Part shown: one piece after another, positions 26,142 to 36,623 of the stretch
How positions within the stretch are numbered: position 1 is the stretch's first letter
Layout: the number at the start of each line of letters is the position of its first letter
From: a bacterium
GTDB lineage: Bacteria; Patescibacteriota; Patescibacteriia; Patescibacteriales; UBA12075
DNA: 64,000 nt
Direction of reading: 5' to 3'
Assembly (NCBI GenBank): GCA_043820875.1
Contig: JBDRDI010000021.1
Span: 91 to 64,090 of the forward strand
Made by a program: the position numbers and the translations under genes
Notes under the pieces: generated by a model
Database searches by the model: none
What the model was told of the DNA's origin: nothing
The model's input: only the letters and a program-made list of their open reading frames with translations

Positions 26142-27401
26142 TTATTTCAACCCCTCCTCAATCTCCATTAATCTATTATATTTTGCCAATCTCTCTCCGC
26201 GGGACAAAGAGCCTGATTTGATATAATCCGCGCGGACGGCGACTGCCAAGTCGGCGATAAAGTCGTCGCAGGTTTCGCCACTGCGATGTGAAACCATGAC
26301 CTTATAATTATGCTTTTGAGCAAGCTGAATACAGGAGATTGTTTCTGTCAAAGTACCGACTTGATTCGGCTTTATTAAAATAGCATTTGCGGCTCGTTCT
26401 TTCAACCCCTTTCTGAGGCGATCAATATTGGTCACAAACAAATCATCACCAATCAAAAGTATTTCTTTGCCAAGCTCTTTGGTAAGTTCGGCCCACCCTT
26501 CCCAATCATCTTCACCCAAACCATCTTCAACTGAAATAATAGGAAATTTTCTAAACCATTCATTATATAATCCAATCAAATCGGTATTCGCGAAACGCGC
26601 GTGATCAAGCTTAAAAATATATTTTTTTGATTCCGAATTATACAGTTCCGAGGAGCCAACATCAATTCCCAAACCGATTTCTTTTCCTGGTTTATATCCG
26701 GCATTAACAACCGCGGCAATAATCAACTCAATCGCTTGCACGCTGGAGTGAATGTCCGGAGCGTAGCCACCCTCGTTGCCAACGTCTGTGTCAAGACCGG
26801 CGCGCTTCAAAACTGTTCCCAGTTCGTGAAATATTTCCGCGCCCATCCTTGTCTTTTCCTCAAAACTTGTTTTTTTGAGTGGCATGATCATAAATTCCTG
26901 AAAGTCCAAATTTGTATCCGCATGCTTGCCACCGTTGAATATATTAAAAGACGGTGTCGGCATTAAATAATCCTCTCGGCCGAAATTAAAAGTTTTGGAA
27001 ATATATTCAAACAATTCCATCTTACTGTCCAGCGCCGCCGCGCGCGCGGTTGCAAGGGAAACAGAAAGTATGGCGTTCGCGCCAAGCTTTTTTTTGTTTG
27101 CCGTACCATCAAGTTTAATCATCATATCATCAATTTTTTCTTGCTGTTTTACATCTGCTCCTCCCAACTCTTTATCTATTTTTGTATTCACGTTTTTCAC
27201 GGCGTTCAAAACCCCTTGTCCGTTATATCTTTTTTTATCGCCATCACGCAATTCACAAGCTTCGTGCACACCGGTTGAAGCGCCACTCGGAACACTGGCC
27301 TTGGCACATGTGCCGTTTTCAAGAGTCACCATTGTTTCTATTGTCGGATTGCCACGCGAATCCAATATTTCTCTGGCTCTAATTTTTTTAATTTTAGACA
27401 T
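26142..27401 (-). CDS. eno: enolase
   Basis: IRAREILDSRGNPTIE...SVPSGASTG..., the canonical enolase sequence. 419 aa. Confidence 0.95.
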   Translation of the reverse strand: MSKIKKIRAREILDSRGNPTIETMVTLENGTCAKASVPSGASTGVHEACELRDGDKKRYNGQGVLNAVKNVNTKIDKELGGADVKQQEKIDDMMIKLDGTANKKKLGANAILSVSLATARAAALDSKMELFEYISKTFNFGREDYLMPTPSFNIFNGGKHADTNLDFQEFMIMPLKKTSFEEKTRMGAEIFHELGTVLKRAGLDTDVGNEGGYAPDIHSSVQAIELIIAAVVNAGYKPGKEIGLGIDVGSSELYNSESKKYIFKLDHARFANTDLIGLYNEWFRKFPIISVEDGLGEDDWEGWAELTKELGKEILLIGDDLFVTNIDRLRKGLKERAANAILIKPNQVGTLTETISCIQLAQKHNYKVMVSHRSGETCDDFIADLAVAVRADYIKSGSLSRGERLAKYNRLMEIEEGLK

Positions 27402-27413
27402 ATAAATATTTTA

Positions 27414-28583
27414 TTATTTTATTATTTTTTTCAATCCCGGCATATTTTCACCGCTTAAATATGAAAGCATGGCCCCTCCGCCGGTGGAAACCCAGTCAAT
27501 ATATTGTGTCATCTTCGTAAGCTTCAAAGCCTCAATCGTTTCTCCCCCGCCAGCGACTCCAAAAATTTTTCCGGATGACTGACTGGCGATTACTCGCGCC
27601 AAAGCCAATGTGCCGTGTTTATATTTTCCGATCTCAAACATACCCATGGGGCCGTTCCAAATTATTGATTTGGCATTTTTAATAAAACCGGCGTAAAGGC
27701 GAACTGTTTGCGGCCCAATATCAAAAATATAATCGCCCTTACTGACCTCATCCAAATTTTTAACTGTTGTTTCGTGCTTTGAACGGCTATTGCTCACAAC
27801 AACATCCACGGGCAACAATATTTTTTCTTTTTTTATTTTTTTAATAATTTTTATGCTTTTTGCGTCAATCAATGACTTGCCGGTTGCAAAACCGCGCGCA
27901 ACCAGAAAACTGTTGGCCAACGCGCCACCGATTAAAATTCGTGATGATTTTTTATAAAGTTTTTTTATTAATGGAACTCTGGTTTCCGCCTTTACTCCGC
28001 CAAGAATCACCACGAGCGGCTCTTTGGGGCTTAATATTTTATTCAAATTCTCAATTTCTTTTTCCAAAAGCAATCCGGCATACGAAGGTAAATATTTTTG
28101 GATTGCCACCACGGACGCGTGTTCGCGATGACTGGAGGCAAACGCATCCAGAACATAAACGTCAGCCAACTTTGCCAAATCACGCGCCAAGCGTGAATCA
28201 TTTTTCTTTTCCCCTTTCTCAAATCTGATATTTTCCAACATCACGGCTTCGCCCGGCTTCATTTTGCTTATTGCGGTTCCGGTTTTAAAATCACGGCACA
28301 ATCCCAAAACTTTTATCTTCTTATCTAATAACTTTCCAGCTCGCGCAGCCAAAGGCTTTACGGAAAATTCAGACGTAATTTTCCCCGCTTCCGGCCGACT
28401 TAAATGGGTCATTAAAATCACTCGGCACTTATTTTTCAACAAAAATTTAATTGTGGGCAATTGAACGACTATCTTATAATCATCAAGTATTTTCCCTTTC
28501 TTTATCGGCACATTAAAATCCACCCGCAAAAGGACTTTTTTGCCGGAAAGATTCTTATTTTGTTTTATGGATTTTATCTTCAT
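27414..28583 (-). CDS. pgk: phosphoglycerate kinase
   Basis: KKVLLRVDFNVP N-terminal motif, and the C-terminal GGGA/GGGE nucleotide-binding motifs. 389 aa. Confidence 0.9.
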   Translation of the reverse strand: MKIKSIKQNKNLSGKKVLLRVDFNVPIKKGKILDDYKIVVQLPTIKFLLKNKCRVILMTHLSRPEAGKITSEFSVKPLAARAGKLLDKKIKVLGLCRDFKTGTAISKMKPGEAVMLENIRFEKGEKKNDSRLARDLAKLADVYVLDAFASSHREHASVVAIQKYLPSYAGLLLEKEIENLNKILSPKEPLVVILGGVKAETRVPLIKKLYKKSSRILIGGALANSFLVARGFATGKSLIDAKSIKIIKKIKKEKILLPVDVVVSNSRSKHETTVKNLDEVSKGDYIFDIGPQTVRLYAGFIKNAKSIIWNGPMGMFEIGKYKHGTLALARVIASQSSGKIFGVAGGGETIEALKLTKMTQYIDWVSTGGGAMLSYLSGENMPGLKKIIK

Positions 28584-28623
28584 ATAATTATTTATTATAA
28601 CATAATCAACTCAAAACGAACAA

Positions 28624-30321
28624 TCAAATCCCCCTTGCTTCTCCTCTGTCTCCTGTCTCAACTTTCTTCCAAGGAATACGTCGGCGGAATGAACTCCAGA
28701 AAGAGAATAATTCTTCACTCTTAAATAATAAACAGAATAATATATAAACCAAAATACCAAAAATTCCGGCTGTAAATCCTTGTGTGAAAACTCCCCATGT
28801 TTTTTCCATGTCCGCGTAGTGGCCAACAATTAATTTCGTTATTTGGACTGTTATGCCGCAAGCCAGAGAAGCCAAGGTGAATTTTACGGCTGATTTCAAA
28901 ATGCGCGCTTCGTCCAAGTCGCCCACTTCAAATCTCAAGGCAATCCAAAGCATAATAAAATTCAAAATACTAGAGATAGAAAAAGCCAAGGCAAGTCCGG
29001 CCACGCCCAGCGGTTGACACTGCGAAACCAATGATTCTCCAACGCCAATAATTGTTTGGCAAGCAACTATTTTTGGTAAAAAAAGAATTAATACAATATT
29101 GGATGCAACTGAAAAAAGCCCGATAAAAAATGGCGTCTTGGAATTATGCCGAGCATAAAACATTCTTACCATAAGAGGCAAAGCGGCTTGCGCAAAAAGA
29201 GAAATCGTAAAAAAACTCAAAGCATTGATAGTCAAGATTGTGTCTTCCCAGTCAAAGTTTCCGGCGCCAAGAACGACTCTAATAATTTGCGCGCGCAAAG
29301 TGAGCAGTAAAACCGTGAACGGCGCGATAAAAAAAAGTATTTGCCGAAAGATATTGGAAAAATTTTCCACCAGCTTCTCCTTTCGAAATGCAACAGCAGC
29401 CATGGTAGGAAAGGCCGCCACGGCAAAAGATATGCCAAAAATGCCGACCGGAAAAGATTGCAAATTATTGGCCAAAGTAAAAATGGTCAAAGAGCCGCTT
29501 TGAAGCGTTGAAGCCACAATTGTAATCGCCACCAAATTAATCTGTGAAATCGCCAAGCTCATCGTGCGTGGCACCATCATTACGCATATTTCTCGGACAT
29601 TTTTATTTTTAAAATCAATTCGCGGAAAATATTTAAATCCCAAACTCATGGTTGCCGGCAATTGGACGAGCATGTGCAAAAACGCTCCCAAAACAACGCC
29701 CCATGCCAAGCCGTATATTCCCCAGCGCGGAACAAAATAAAGAGCGCCAATAATGATACCAATATTATAAAGAATGGGAGACAGCGAATAAACGAAAAAT
29801 CTTTTGAAAGACTGTAAGACTCCGCCCAGAATGCCGGATATGCCCAAAAAAATCGGCGATAAAAACATAATGCGAGTAATACTGATAGTGATATCTTGTT
29901 TTGAAGGTGAAAAACCGGGAGAAATAATCTTTACAATAATTGGCGAAAAAATAATGCCCAAAACGCTTAAAAAAAGAAGCGCCAGCATCATAATATTTAA
30001 TACGTTGCTGGCCAAAATCCACGCCTCTTTATTCGGTTCTTTAGAAAAAAAGGAGCTTTCGCCATCTTTTGCTTTTATCAAACCGGTGAAAATGGGAATA
30101 AATCCGGCTGACAAAGCGCCAAGAATTAATAAATTAAAAATCAAATCCGGCACGCGAAAACTAGCATAGTAAATATCCAAAATGTCGCCGGCGCCAAATT
30201 CGCCGGCCAAAATTCTGTCTCGAAAAATTCCAAGTATTCGCGAGAGCAAAGAAGACAGCGCCACTAAAAGCGCTGCTACAGTGATACTGTTAATTTGTCC
30301 GGAAAAAAGTTTTCTGATCAT
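28624..30321 (-). CDS. murJ: lipid II flippase MurJ
   Basis: SLLSRILGIFRDRILAGEFGAG...D..Y.AFR.P N-terminus and about 14 TM helices. 565 aa. Confidence 0.85.
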   Translation of the reverse strand: MIRKLFSGQINSITVAALLVALSSLLSRILGIFRDRILAGEFGAGDILDIYYASFRVPDLIFNLLILGALSAGFIPIFTGLIKAKDGESSFFSKEPNKEAWILASNVLNIMMLALLFLSVLGIIFSPIIVKIISPGFSPSKQDITISITRIMFLSPIFLGISGILGGVLQSFKRFFVYSLSPILYNIGIIIGALYFVPRWGIYGLAWGVVLGAFLHMLVQLPATMSLGFKYFPRIDFKNKNVREICVMMVPRTMSLAISQINLVAITIVASTLQSGSLTIFTLANNLQSFPVGIFGISFAVAAFPTMAAVAFRKEKLVENFSNIFRQILFFIAPFTVLLLTLRAQIIRVVLGAGNFDWEDTILTINALSFFTISLFAQAALPLMVRMFYARHNSKTPFFIGLFSVASNIVLILFLPKIVACQTIIGVGESLVSQCQPLGVAGLALAFSISSILNFIMLWIALRFEVGDLDEARILKSAVKFTLASLACGITVQITKLIVGHYADMEKTWGVFTQGFTAGIFGILVYILFCLLFKSEELFSFWSSFRRRIPWKKVETGDRGEARGI

Positions 30322-30327
30322 TTTTAA

Positions 30328-31314
30328 TTATTTAAAAATTTGTTTTTTTGTCAGAAGTCCCGTTTGAGCGCCCATATGAGCAACCACCGAAGCGGTATTT
30401 CTTACGCCCAATTCCATGGCCTTTTGAATATCGCCCTTGAACAACTCCAACCCGGCTGTAAAAGTTGAGCCAAATGCGTCCCCTACGCCTGTTGTATTAA
30501 TGCGCCGTTTTTCTTTCAATATTTTTTGATGGTAAAACTTCTGGCCATCATAAGCGTCCGCTCCGTATTTACCGTTTGTTATCACAACGATTTTCGGGCC
30601 CCACGACTTTATAATCTCAAGTAAATTTTTTGAATTATTTAAAAACTTATCGCCTTTATTTTTGTAATCAGGGTGCGACAAAACCAATTCCGTTGCCTCG
30701 TCTTTATTAACCGTGAGCATTTCCGTTTTCTTCAAATATTTTTGAAGAGCGGGGTAGCCAAGGTGCAGTTGAATATGACCGGGATTCCATGACACCCTGG
30801 GTCCTTTAACGGCAAAAACTTTGCGCAAAATTTCTTCCCAATTTCCGGATAAAGAAGTCATATAAATCCATTTTGCTTTTTTAAGTTCCGTTGATTCTTT
30901 CTTTCCAATACAAAGAAACGAATTTGCGGCTCGATTTGAAAAAACAACATGTTCATTCCCCTGCCCAACAATCAAACAAGAAAATCCTGTTTCTTTTTCT
31001 TTTATTTTTTCTATTAAATTAACGGCTACTTTGTTTTTCTTGAAATTTTTAATAATTGACTCTCCTCGGCCGTCTTCCCCAATCGCAACCAAAGCCGCGG
31101 GAGAATACCCGAGACGAGCCAAGGAAACCGCGGCATTGGCCGCTCCTCCGCCAAAAGTGGAAAAAGATTTATCAACTTTCAACTTGGCGCCGTATTCAAA
31201 AGCAAATAATTTTTGTCTCAATATGTCTTTTTTATTATCAATTAATATCCCTTCGCTAGTATAGAGAGAGATGTCTTCAGTTGCCCCTCCAACAGTAATA
31301 AAATCATATTTCAT
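30328..31314 (-). CDS. PfkB-family carbohydrate kinase (ribokinase-like)
   Basis: ITVGGATEDI... start, GGGAANAAV, and the C-terminal TTGVGDAFGSTFTAGL anion-hole motif. Confidence 0.75.
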   Translation of the reverse strand: MKYDFITVGGATEDISLYTSEGILIDNKKDILRQKLFAFEYGAKLKVDKSFSTFGGGAANAAVSLARLGYSPAALVAIGEDGRGESIIKNFKKNKVAVNLIEKIKEKETGFSCLIVGQGNEHVVFSNRAANSFLCIGKKESTELKKAKWIYMTSLSGNWEEILRKVFAVKGPRVSWNPGHIQLHLGYPALQKYLKKTEMLTVNKDEATELVLSHPDYKNKGDKFLNNSKNLLEIIKSWGPKIVVITNGKYGADAYDGQKFYHQKILKEKRRINTTGVGDAFGSTFTAGLELFKGDIQKAMELGVRNTASVVAHMGAQTGLLTKKQIFK

Positions 31315-31433
31315 AATTTTTTGTTTATACTTTATTTATATCAACTACTTATATCAACATTATAACATATCAAAACAAAAATTTATAGATTAAAAAAACA
31401 AACCTCCTCTTGAAAGTTTGATTTTTTTATCTT

Positions 31434-31697
31434 TTATTTATCCGAGTTTTCCTTTATTTTTTCAATCAAATCTTCCTTGTTTTGCACGCCCATAAGACGC
31501 AAAATTTCATTGCTGTTTTTGTCTAGAAAAATAAAGACAGGGACATCTTTCACGTTGTATTTTTCTAAAATTTCCGGATTGTCGTCGGCGTCATAATACT
31601 CGGTTTTCAGTTTCATTTCATTTTCAATTTCTTCCCATTTGGATTTCATAACCAAGCAATCTTTACACCAAATTGCGCCGAATTTTAAAATCTTCAT
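31434..31697 (-). CDS. thioredoxin-like protein with CKDC active-site variant
   Basis: FGAIWCKDCLVMK in the thioredoxin fold position. 87 aa. Confidence 0.55.
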   Translation of the reverse strand: MKILKFGAIWCKDCLVMKSKWEEIENEMKLKTEYYDADDNPEILEKYNVKDVPVFIFLDKNSNEILRLMGVQNKEDLIEKIKENSDK

Positions 31698-31712
31698 AAT
31701 TATAATACCAAT

Positions 31713-33260
31713 CTATAAATCATCTTCAAATTTTTTTCTCCTTCTCGCAAAATATCTTCCCAGTCCGAAAATAATTACAAGCGTGCTGGCGCCAAAAATA
31801 TTTCCGTATCTGATAAAATTTCTTTTCGCGTCTGAAAGTTCTTCGCCTTTATTAATCGGCCTTACTGTCGCGTTTTTGGCCCGAATACCGGTTAATTCAT
31901 TGCCCATACTGAGATTATCAACCAAATTTTGAAACAAAATTAAATTTTGAGGATTATCCATTAAAAATCCATCAACCACAAAATCACTGTCGCCAACAAT
32001 AACGACCCGACCGGAAATCACGTCATCTTCCTTCCCTTCTTCCGGATAGACGCTTTTAAGTCCATTATTTACGGCCACAGCCAGATTATACCGCCCTTCA
32101 GCCAAAGAAATTCCAATGCTAGGGTCAACATTAAACTGATCTGTTTCGTGCCAAGCTTTTTCAGTTGTAAAAATCAAATAAGAAATATTTTCTTTGCCGA
32201 TTTTCTCCTCATCAGCTGACACACTGCTCACCCACGGTAAAATAACATTTTCCAAGTTTGATACCGCACCGAAATTTTCATTAAAACCGTCTTTCATTAT
32301 CTTCGGCCAAAGAGGATAATTGGAAACTACGGAAAACGGCAAATTGCCCTGCCGATAAGAAATCAGTCCCATGCGTGTGTCACCCACGAGATCGCCATTA
32401 ATTTTAATGCCATATTTATTCAACAAGTCGTTAAAATTTGAATTATTTAAACTGGCTTCAAGAGATTGCGAAACCAACACGCCGTCGGATAAAACCAAAA
32501 GCGAACCGCCACCGGTTAAAAAAGAATCAATATTTTTAAATTGATCTTCGGTGAATTCTTCCGTTGGTCCGGCAATGATTAAGGTATCAACTTGCGGAGA
32601 AAGCCCTTCGTCTGTAAAAACCACCTCTCCGACATCATAAAGCTCGCTCAACATTTCTCCGGCATATCTTAATTTTTCATTCAATATGGCAGTTCCCGCT
32701 CCGGATAAAAAACCAACTTTTATAATTTTATCATTGGTAACCTTTTTAATGGCCGCGGTAATTCTATATTCCAAGTCTCCAGTGTCTTGTCCAACGGCCG
32801 GAATTGCTTCTTCGTTCTCTTTATAATTCATGACCAGAGCCATATAACCTTGTCCGGCCTGCGCCTTGTCTTTCTCAAATATTTGAAAAGGTATGGGATA
32901 AATACCCATCATGGCCAAATCGTTGAAAGTTTGGTTAGAATCGTCAGGGCTTGTAAACTCAAATTTTATTTTTCCTTTTCCGTAATTTTCATATTCATTT
33001 AAAATATCTTCGGTCTCTTGTCGGATATAAGCGAATTGCGAAGGCAAGTCGACGCTGAAATATGCCTTGATCTCCACGGTATCCTCCAATTCACCAACAA
33101 TCTTTTTGCTGGCGTCAGATATTGAATATATTTTATTTTCCGTAAGATCCAGCCGCGCAAAATATCTATAAGACAAATAATTGATTCCAATCAAAACCAC
33201 GACCAGTACTATGGCGGAAATTGATAATTTGGTTGTTTTTATTATTTTATTTAATAGCAT
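31713..33260 (-). CDS. GldG-like ABC-2 transporter auxiliary component
   Basis: N- and C-terminal TM anchors with a large extracytoplasmic domain. Cotranscribed with the ABC-2 permease and ATPase. 515 aa. Confidence 0.6.
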   Translation of the reverse strand: MLLNKIIKTTKLSISAIVLVVVLIGINYLSYRYFARLDLTENKIYSISDASKKIVGELEDTVEIKAYFSVDLPSQFAYIRQETEDILNEYENYGKGKIKFEFTSPDDSNQTFNDLAMMGIYPIPFQIFEKDKAQAGQGYMALVMNYKENEEAIPAVGQDTGDLEYRITAAIKKVTNDKIIKVGFLSGAGTAILNEKLRYAGEMLSELYDVGEVVFTDEGLSPQVDTLIIAGPTEEFTEDQFKNIDSFLTGGGSLLVLSDGVLVSQSLEASLNNSNFNDLLNKYGIKINGDLVGDTRMGLISYRQGNLPFSVVSNYPLWPKIMKDGFNENFGAVSNLENVILPWVSSVSADEEKIGKENISYLIFTTEKAWHETDQFNVDPSIGISLAEGRYNLAVAVNNGLKSVYPEEGKEDDVISGRVVIVGDSDFVVDGFLMDNPQNLILFQNLVDNLSMGNELTGIRAKNATVRPINKGEELSDAKRNFIRYGNIFGASTLVIIFGLGRYFARRRKKFEDDL

Positions 33261-33275
33261 ATATTGTGTTGTTTT

Positions 33276-34004
33276 TTATTTTCCTCCTCTGTTCCTAATC
33301 ACTCGTACGTTCAGCCATAAAAATATAAAAATAAATGAACAGTAGTAAATTATATCTTTGGAATCAATCACGCCCCTGGCGATGCTGTAAAAATGACTGC
33401 CGGCTCCCAAAAATTTCATGATTGGCGCCAAAAATTTCGGCGCACCCATTAATGTAAATTCCATACCGACCATAAATAACGTGAAAGACACAAGAAGCGC
33501 CAAAATAAAAGCAATAATTTGATTTTTAGTCAATGAAGAAATAAATAATCCCAAAGCCAAATATGCTCCGCCCAAAAACAAAGAACCGATATATCCGCCA
33601 ATAATCGGACCAATGTCAGGTTCACCAAGTGTAAATAGGGTGAGTGGGATAGTCATGGTCAAAACAAGCATGGACGCAAGAAACACCAAACTGCCCAAAA
33701 ATTTTGCCCACACCACCTGCCAATCTGTTACCGGCAAGGTCAATAAAAATTCAATAGTACCGCCTCTCTTCTCCTCGGCCCAAAGACGCATGGTGATAGC
33801 GGGAGCTAAAACAACAAATATCCACGGTAAAAGCTCAAAATAACTCCTCATTGATAATTGTCCTGAGAGGAAAAAAGTCTTGAAGAAAATCCAATTACCA
33901 ACAATCAAAAAAACACCGCTAAAAATATAAGCGATCGGAGAATTAAAATAGCTCATCAACTCTTTCTTAAATAAAATATATATTGTTTTGATATATTGTT
34001 TCAT
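33276..34004 (-). CDS. ABC-2 family transporter permease (GldF-like)
   Basis: Six predicted TM helices. Adjacent to the ATPase. Confidence 0.7.
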   Translation of the reverse strand: MKQYIKTIYILFKKELMSYFNSPIAYIFSGVFLIVGNWIFFKTFFLSGQLSMRSYFELLPWIFVVLAPAITMRLWAEEKRGGTIEFLLTLPVTDWQVVWAKFLGSLVFLASMLVLTMTIPLTLFTLGEPDIGPIIGGYIGSLFLGGAYLALGLFISSLTKNQIIAFILALLVSFTLFMVGMEFTLMGAPKFLAPIMKFLGAGSHFYSIARGVIDSKDIIYYCSFIFIFLWLNVRVIRNRGGK

Positions 34005-34006
34005 AA

Positions 34007-34954
34007 TTATTTTGTCAAATCTCTAAATACATCCTCCAACGACACCTGCTTGCCGCGAAATTCCAAGATGCTCCAACCAGCGCGCGTGATTGCCGATGAC
34101 AAACTTTCCCGTGCGTCAACGTTCGGCTTAGGCGTCACTTCATATTCATAAATATCGCCCGCTTCGCTTGTTTTCACTTCCGCTTTTTCAATCTCTTGAA
34201 CGCCGTGCAAAACTTTCAAAATTTCTTCGCGCTGTCCTTTTATTTTTATATATAACATTGTCTTCGCTCCTCTTTGCTTAATCAACTCATCAGGTGTGCC
34301 TTGCGCCACAATTCTGCCATTGTTAATAATAATGGCACGATCGCAAGTGGCGCTCACTTCGCTTAAAATATGAGTGGAAAAAATAACTGTTTTCTCTTTT
34401 CCAAGTTTTTTAATCAAATCTCGAATCTCCACAATCTGATTCGGATCAAGGCCAGTGGTTGGTTCGTCTAAAATCAAAATATCCGGCTCGTGGATAATCG
34501 CTTGCGCCAAACCGACTCTTTGACGATACCCTTTGGACAATTCGTCAATCGGTTTTTTAATTACTTTTTGCAAGGCGCAAGCCTCAACGGTTTCTTTAAT
34601 TCTTTTTTTTATATTTTCCTTTTTGATTCCCCGTACTTCAGCCACAAATTTCAAATATTCATAAACTCGCATATCGTCATACAAAGGAACATTTTCCGGC
34701 AGATAACCGATTCTGGCTCTTGTTTGCAAAGATTTTTTAGCAACGTCCAAACCACCGACTTCCACCTTGCCGGTAGTCGGCGTCCAAAAAGACGTGATAA
34801 TTTTCATGGTTGTTGTTTTGCCGGCGCCATTCGGACCCAAAAATCCCAATATCTCTCCCTTCTTCACGGAAAAATTCAAATTATCCAGCACAACATTGTG
34901 GCCAAATTTTTTTGATAAATTTTTTATTTCAATCATAATAATATTATAATACAT
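34007..34954 (-). CDS. ABC transporter ATP-binding protein (GldA-like)
   Basis: Walker A GPNGAGKTT, LSKGYRQRVGLAQAI signature, and Walker B ILILDEPT. The true start may be the internal M of MIEIKNLSKKFG (34936). Confidence 0.85.
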   Translation of the reverse strand: MYYNIIMIEIKNLSKKFGHNVVLDNLNFSVKKGEILGFLGPNGAGKTTTMKIITSFWTPTTGKVEVGGLDVAKKSLQTRARIGYLPENVPLYDDMRVYEYLKFVAEVRGIKKENIKKRIKETVEACALQKVIKKPIDELSKGYRQRVGLAQAIIHEPDILILDEPTTGLDPNQIVEIRDLIKKLGKEKTVIFSTHILSEVSATCDRAIIINNGRIVAQGTPDELIKQRGAKTMLYIKIKGQREEILKVLHGVQEIEKAEVKTSEAGDIYEYEVTPKPNVDARESLSSAITRAGWSILEFRGKQVSLEDVFRDLTK

Positions 34955-35049
34955 ATAAAAAATCCCGCAAGTAGGGACGAAAACATTGACAAAATCAGCA
35001 AACTATAATATGATATCAACAATATCAATCTTCACGGAGGGGGAAGAGC

Positions 35050-35196
35050 ATGGGCATTATAAAATTTGTCTATGACAATATTGGTCTTTCACACTCAAAA
35101 AAAGAAATGAAAACTATAGACCTTGTCTGCATCACCGTTTTAGCGGGAATTGTTGCTTACATTTTCGTCATGGTAATTTTCAATTATCCAAGATAG
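35050..35196 (+). CDS. small membrane protein (48 aa)
   Basis: ATG preceded by GGAGGGGG. MGIIKFVYDNIGLSHSKKEMKTIDLVCITVLAGIVAYIFVMVIFNYPR with one TM helix. Below the track size cutoff. Confidence 0.35.
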   Translation: MGIIKFVYDNIGLSHSKKEMKTIDLVCITVLAGIVAYIFVMVIFNYPR

Positions 35197-35213
35197 CTCA
35201 AGGAGACAAAGGA

Positions 35214-35411
35214 ATGTTTTCACCAGGATCCAGTTCATTGAAAATACTTTTTCGTTTTTTTATGTTTATGGGAGGCATAATTGCACTTCTTCCTATCGGC
35301 ATCTTTTTTCGATTACATTTGGATATAATGGGGAGATGCTTTTTTAGCACCTTGTGCGTTTTTGCATCGTGTAACTTTTTCAGCATCTTTTTGAACAGTT
35401 TCAAAAAATAA
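35214..35411 (+). CDS. small hydrophobic protein (65 aa)
   Basis: AAGGAG upstream. Hydrophobic. Followed by a terminator hairpin. Preferred over the overlapping minus ORF 35198..35443, which has no SD and would begin inside the terminator. Confidence 0.35.
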   Translation: MFSPGSSSLKILFRFFMFMGGIIALLPIGIFFRLHLDIMGRCFFSTLCVFASCNFFSIFLNSFKK

Positions 35412-35426
35412 ATGCCCATTCTCAAT

Positions 35427-35460
35427 AAAACCCTTCGCGTCAAAAGACGAAAGGGTTTTT
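35427..35460. terminator. bidirectional intrinsic terminator
   Basis: aaaacccttcg-cgtcaaaaga-cgaaagggtttt flanked by A/T runs, lying between the + small ORFs and htrA. Confidence 0.6.
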
Positions 35461-35476
35461 AAATTTTATAAAACTA

Positions 35477-36601
35477 CTATTTCATCTCCTGCAAAACAAC
35501 TATTCTGATAAATATCTTGCTTCCCCTCTGTACTTTTAAGCCAATTCTCGCGCCGGCCCGGTATTTTTGAATTACAGAAGATAGGGTGGTGTCTTCATTT
35601 AATTTAATTCCGTTGATTTCAAAAATAATATCACCCGGCAAAAATCCAGCCGCTTCCGCCGGCGAACCGGCAACAATGGAGAGTAAATCCTCTGTCTGCG
35701 GAACAATCCATGCTCCATCCTGTCTGGACAAATTATTTTCCGCTGCCAAATCAGGAGTAAGCATAATGTACCTCACTCCAAGCATGGGACGAATAATTCT
35801 ACCGTATTCAATTACGGTCCGAATAGCTGATTTAATATCATTGACCGGAATTGCAAAACCGACCGAGGTTCCGGCAGAGTCAATGGCCACATTGATTCCG
35901 ACAACTTGACCGTTCAAATTCACAAGCGGACCGCCTGAATTCCCGTAATTTATTTCCGCGTCTGTTTGAATGACATCTTCCAAATTTTCACTTTTTCCTG
36001 CGCCTCCGTAAATGTTCAAATCGCGTTTCAGTCCACTCACTATTCCCTTGGTGGCGCTATTTTGATATTTGCCCAAGACATTGCCGATTGCCACAACCGT
36101 TGAACCGATTTCCAATTTATCGCTGTCTCCCAATTCAACAAAAGGTAAATCTTTTTCAAAAATTTTTAAAACCGCCAAATCGCTCATAAAATCTTTGCTT
36201 ACAAACTGCGCCAAATATTCTTTGTTATTGTTCAACACCACTTTATACTCTGCCTTTTTATTGCTTGCCGTTTCAATCACGTGCTTGTTGGTCATAATAT
36301 ATCCGTCTGAAGAAAATATAAATCCGGTGCCGTTGCCGATAACGCTATTTTCTTTCTTGATTTCGCTCTCTCCCGTGTTTAAATCCACACTGACCACATC
36401 CCTGGTTTCGGAAACAACGATGTTAACGACAGCCGGGCTTACTTTTTTTATGGCGCGAATCGTGGCTTCTTGCTCGTTAAATTCTAAATTGTCGGCAACA
36501 ACTTGCTTTTCATTTTGAGAAAAAAAATAAATAAAAAATCCAAAACTAATACTGACCGATAAAATCAAAATTAAGCTTGAGACAAACTTTCTATTAAACA
36601 T
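35477..36601 (-). CDS. htrA: HtrA/DegP-family serine protease with PDZ domain
   Basis: Trypsin-like GNSGGPLVNLNGQVVGIN active-site serine motif and a C-terminal PDZ. N-terminal TM. Confidence 0.85.
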   Translation of the reverse strand: MFNRKFVSSLILILSVSISFGFFIYFFSQNEKQVVADNLEFNEQEATIRAIKKVSPAVVNIVVSETRDVVSVDLNTGESEIKKENSVIGNGTGFIFSSDGYIMTNKHVIETASNKKAEYKVVLNNNKEYLAQFVSKDFMSDLAVLKIFEKDLPFVELGDSDKLEIGSTVVAIGNVLGKYQNSATKGIVSGLKRDLNIYGGAGKSENLEDVIQTDAEINYGNSGGPLVNLNGQVVGINVAIDSAGTSVGFAIPVNDIKSAIRTVIEYGRIIRPMLGVRYIMLTPDLAAENNLSRQDGAWIVPQTEDLLSIVAGSPAEAAGFLPGDIIFEINGIKLNEDTTLSSVIQKYRAGARIGLKVQRGSKIFIRIVVLQEMK

Positions 36602-36623
36602 AAAAAAATAATTTTAAACTTTT

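Noticed and set aside
25835-26221. Plus-strand ORFs 25835..26221 and 25950..26132 spanning the eno-gpmI intergenic hairpins
   Set aside because: They cross two stem-loops and overlap the gpmI start and the eno end. They are spurious.
35198-35443. Minus-strand 81-aa lysine-rich ORF
   Set aside because: It has no SD, its start codon sits inside the terminator hairpin, and it overlaps two + ORFs that each have an SD.
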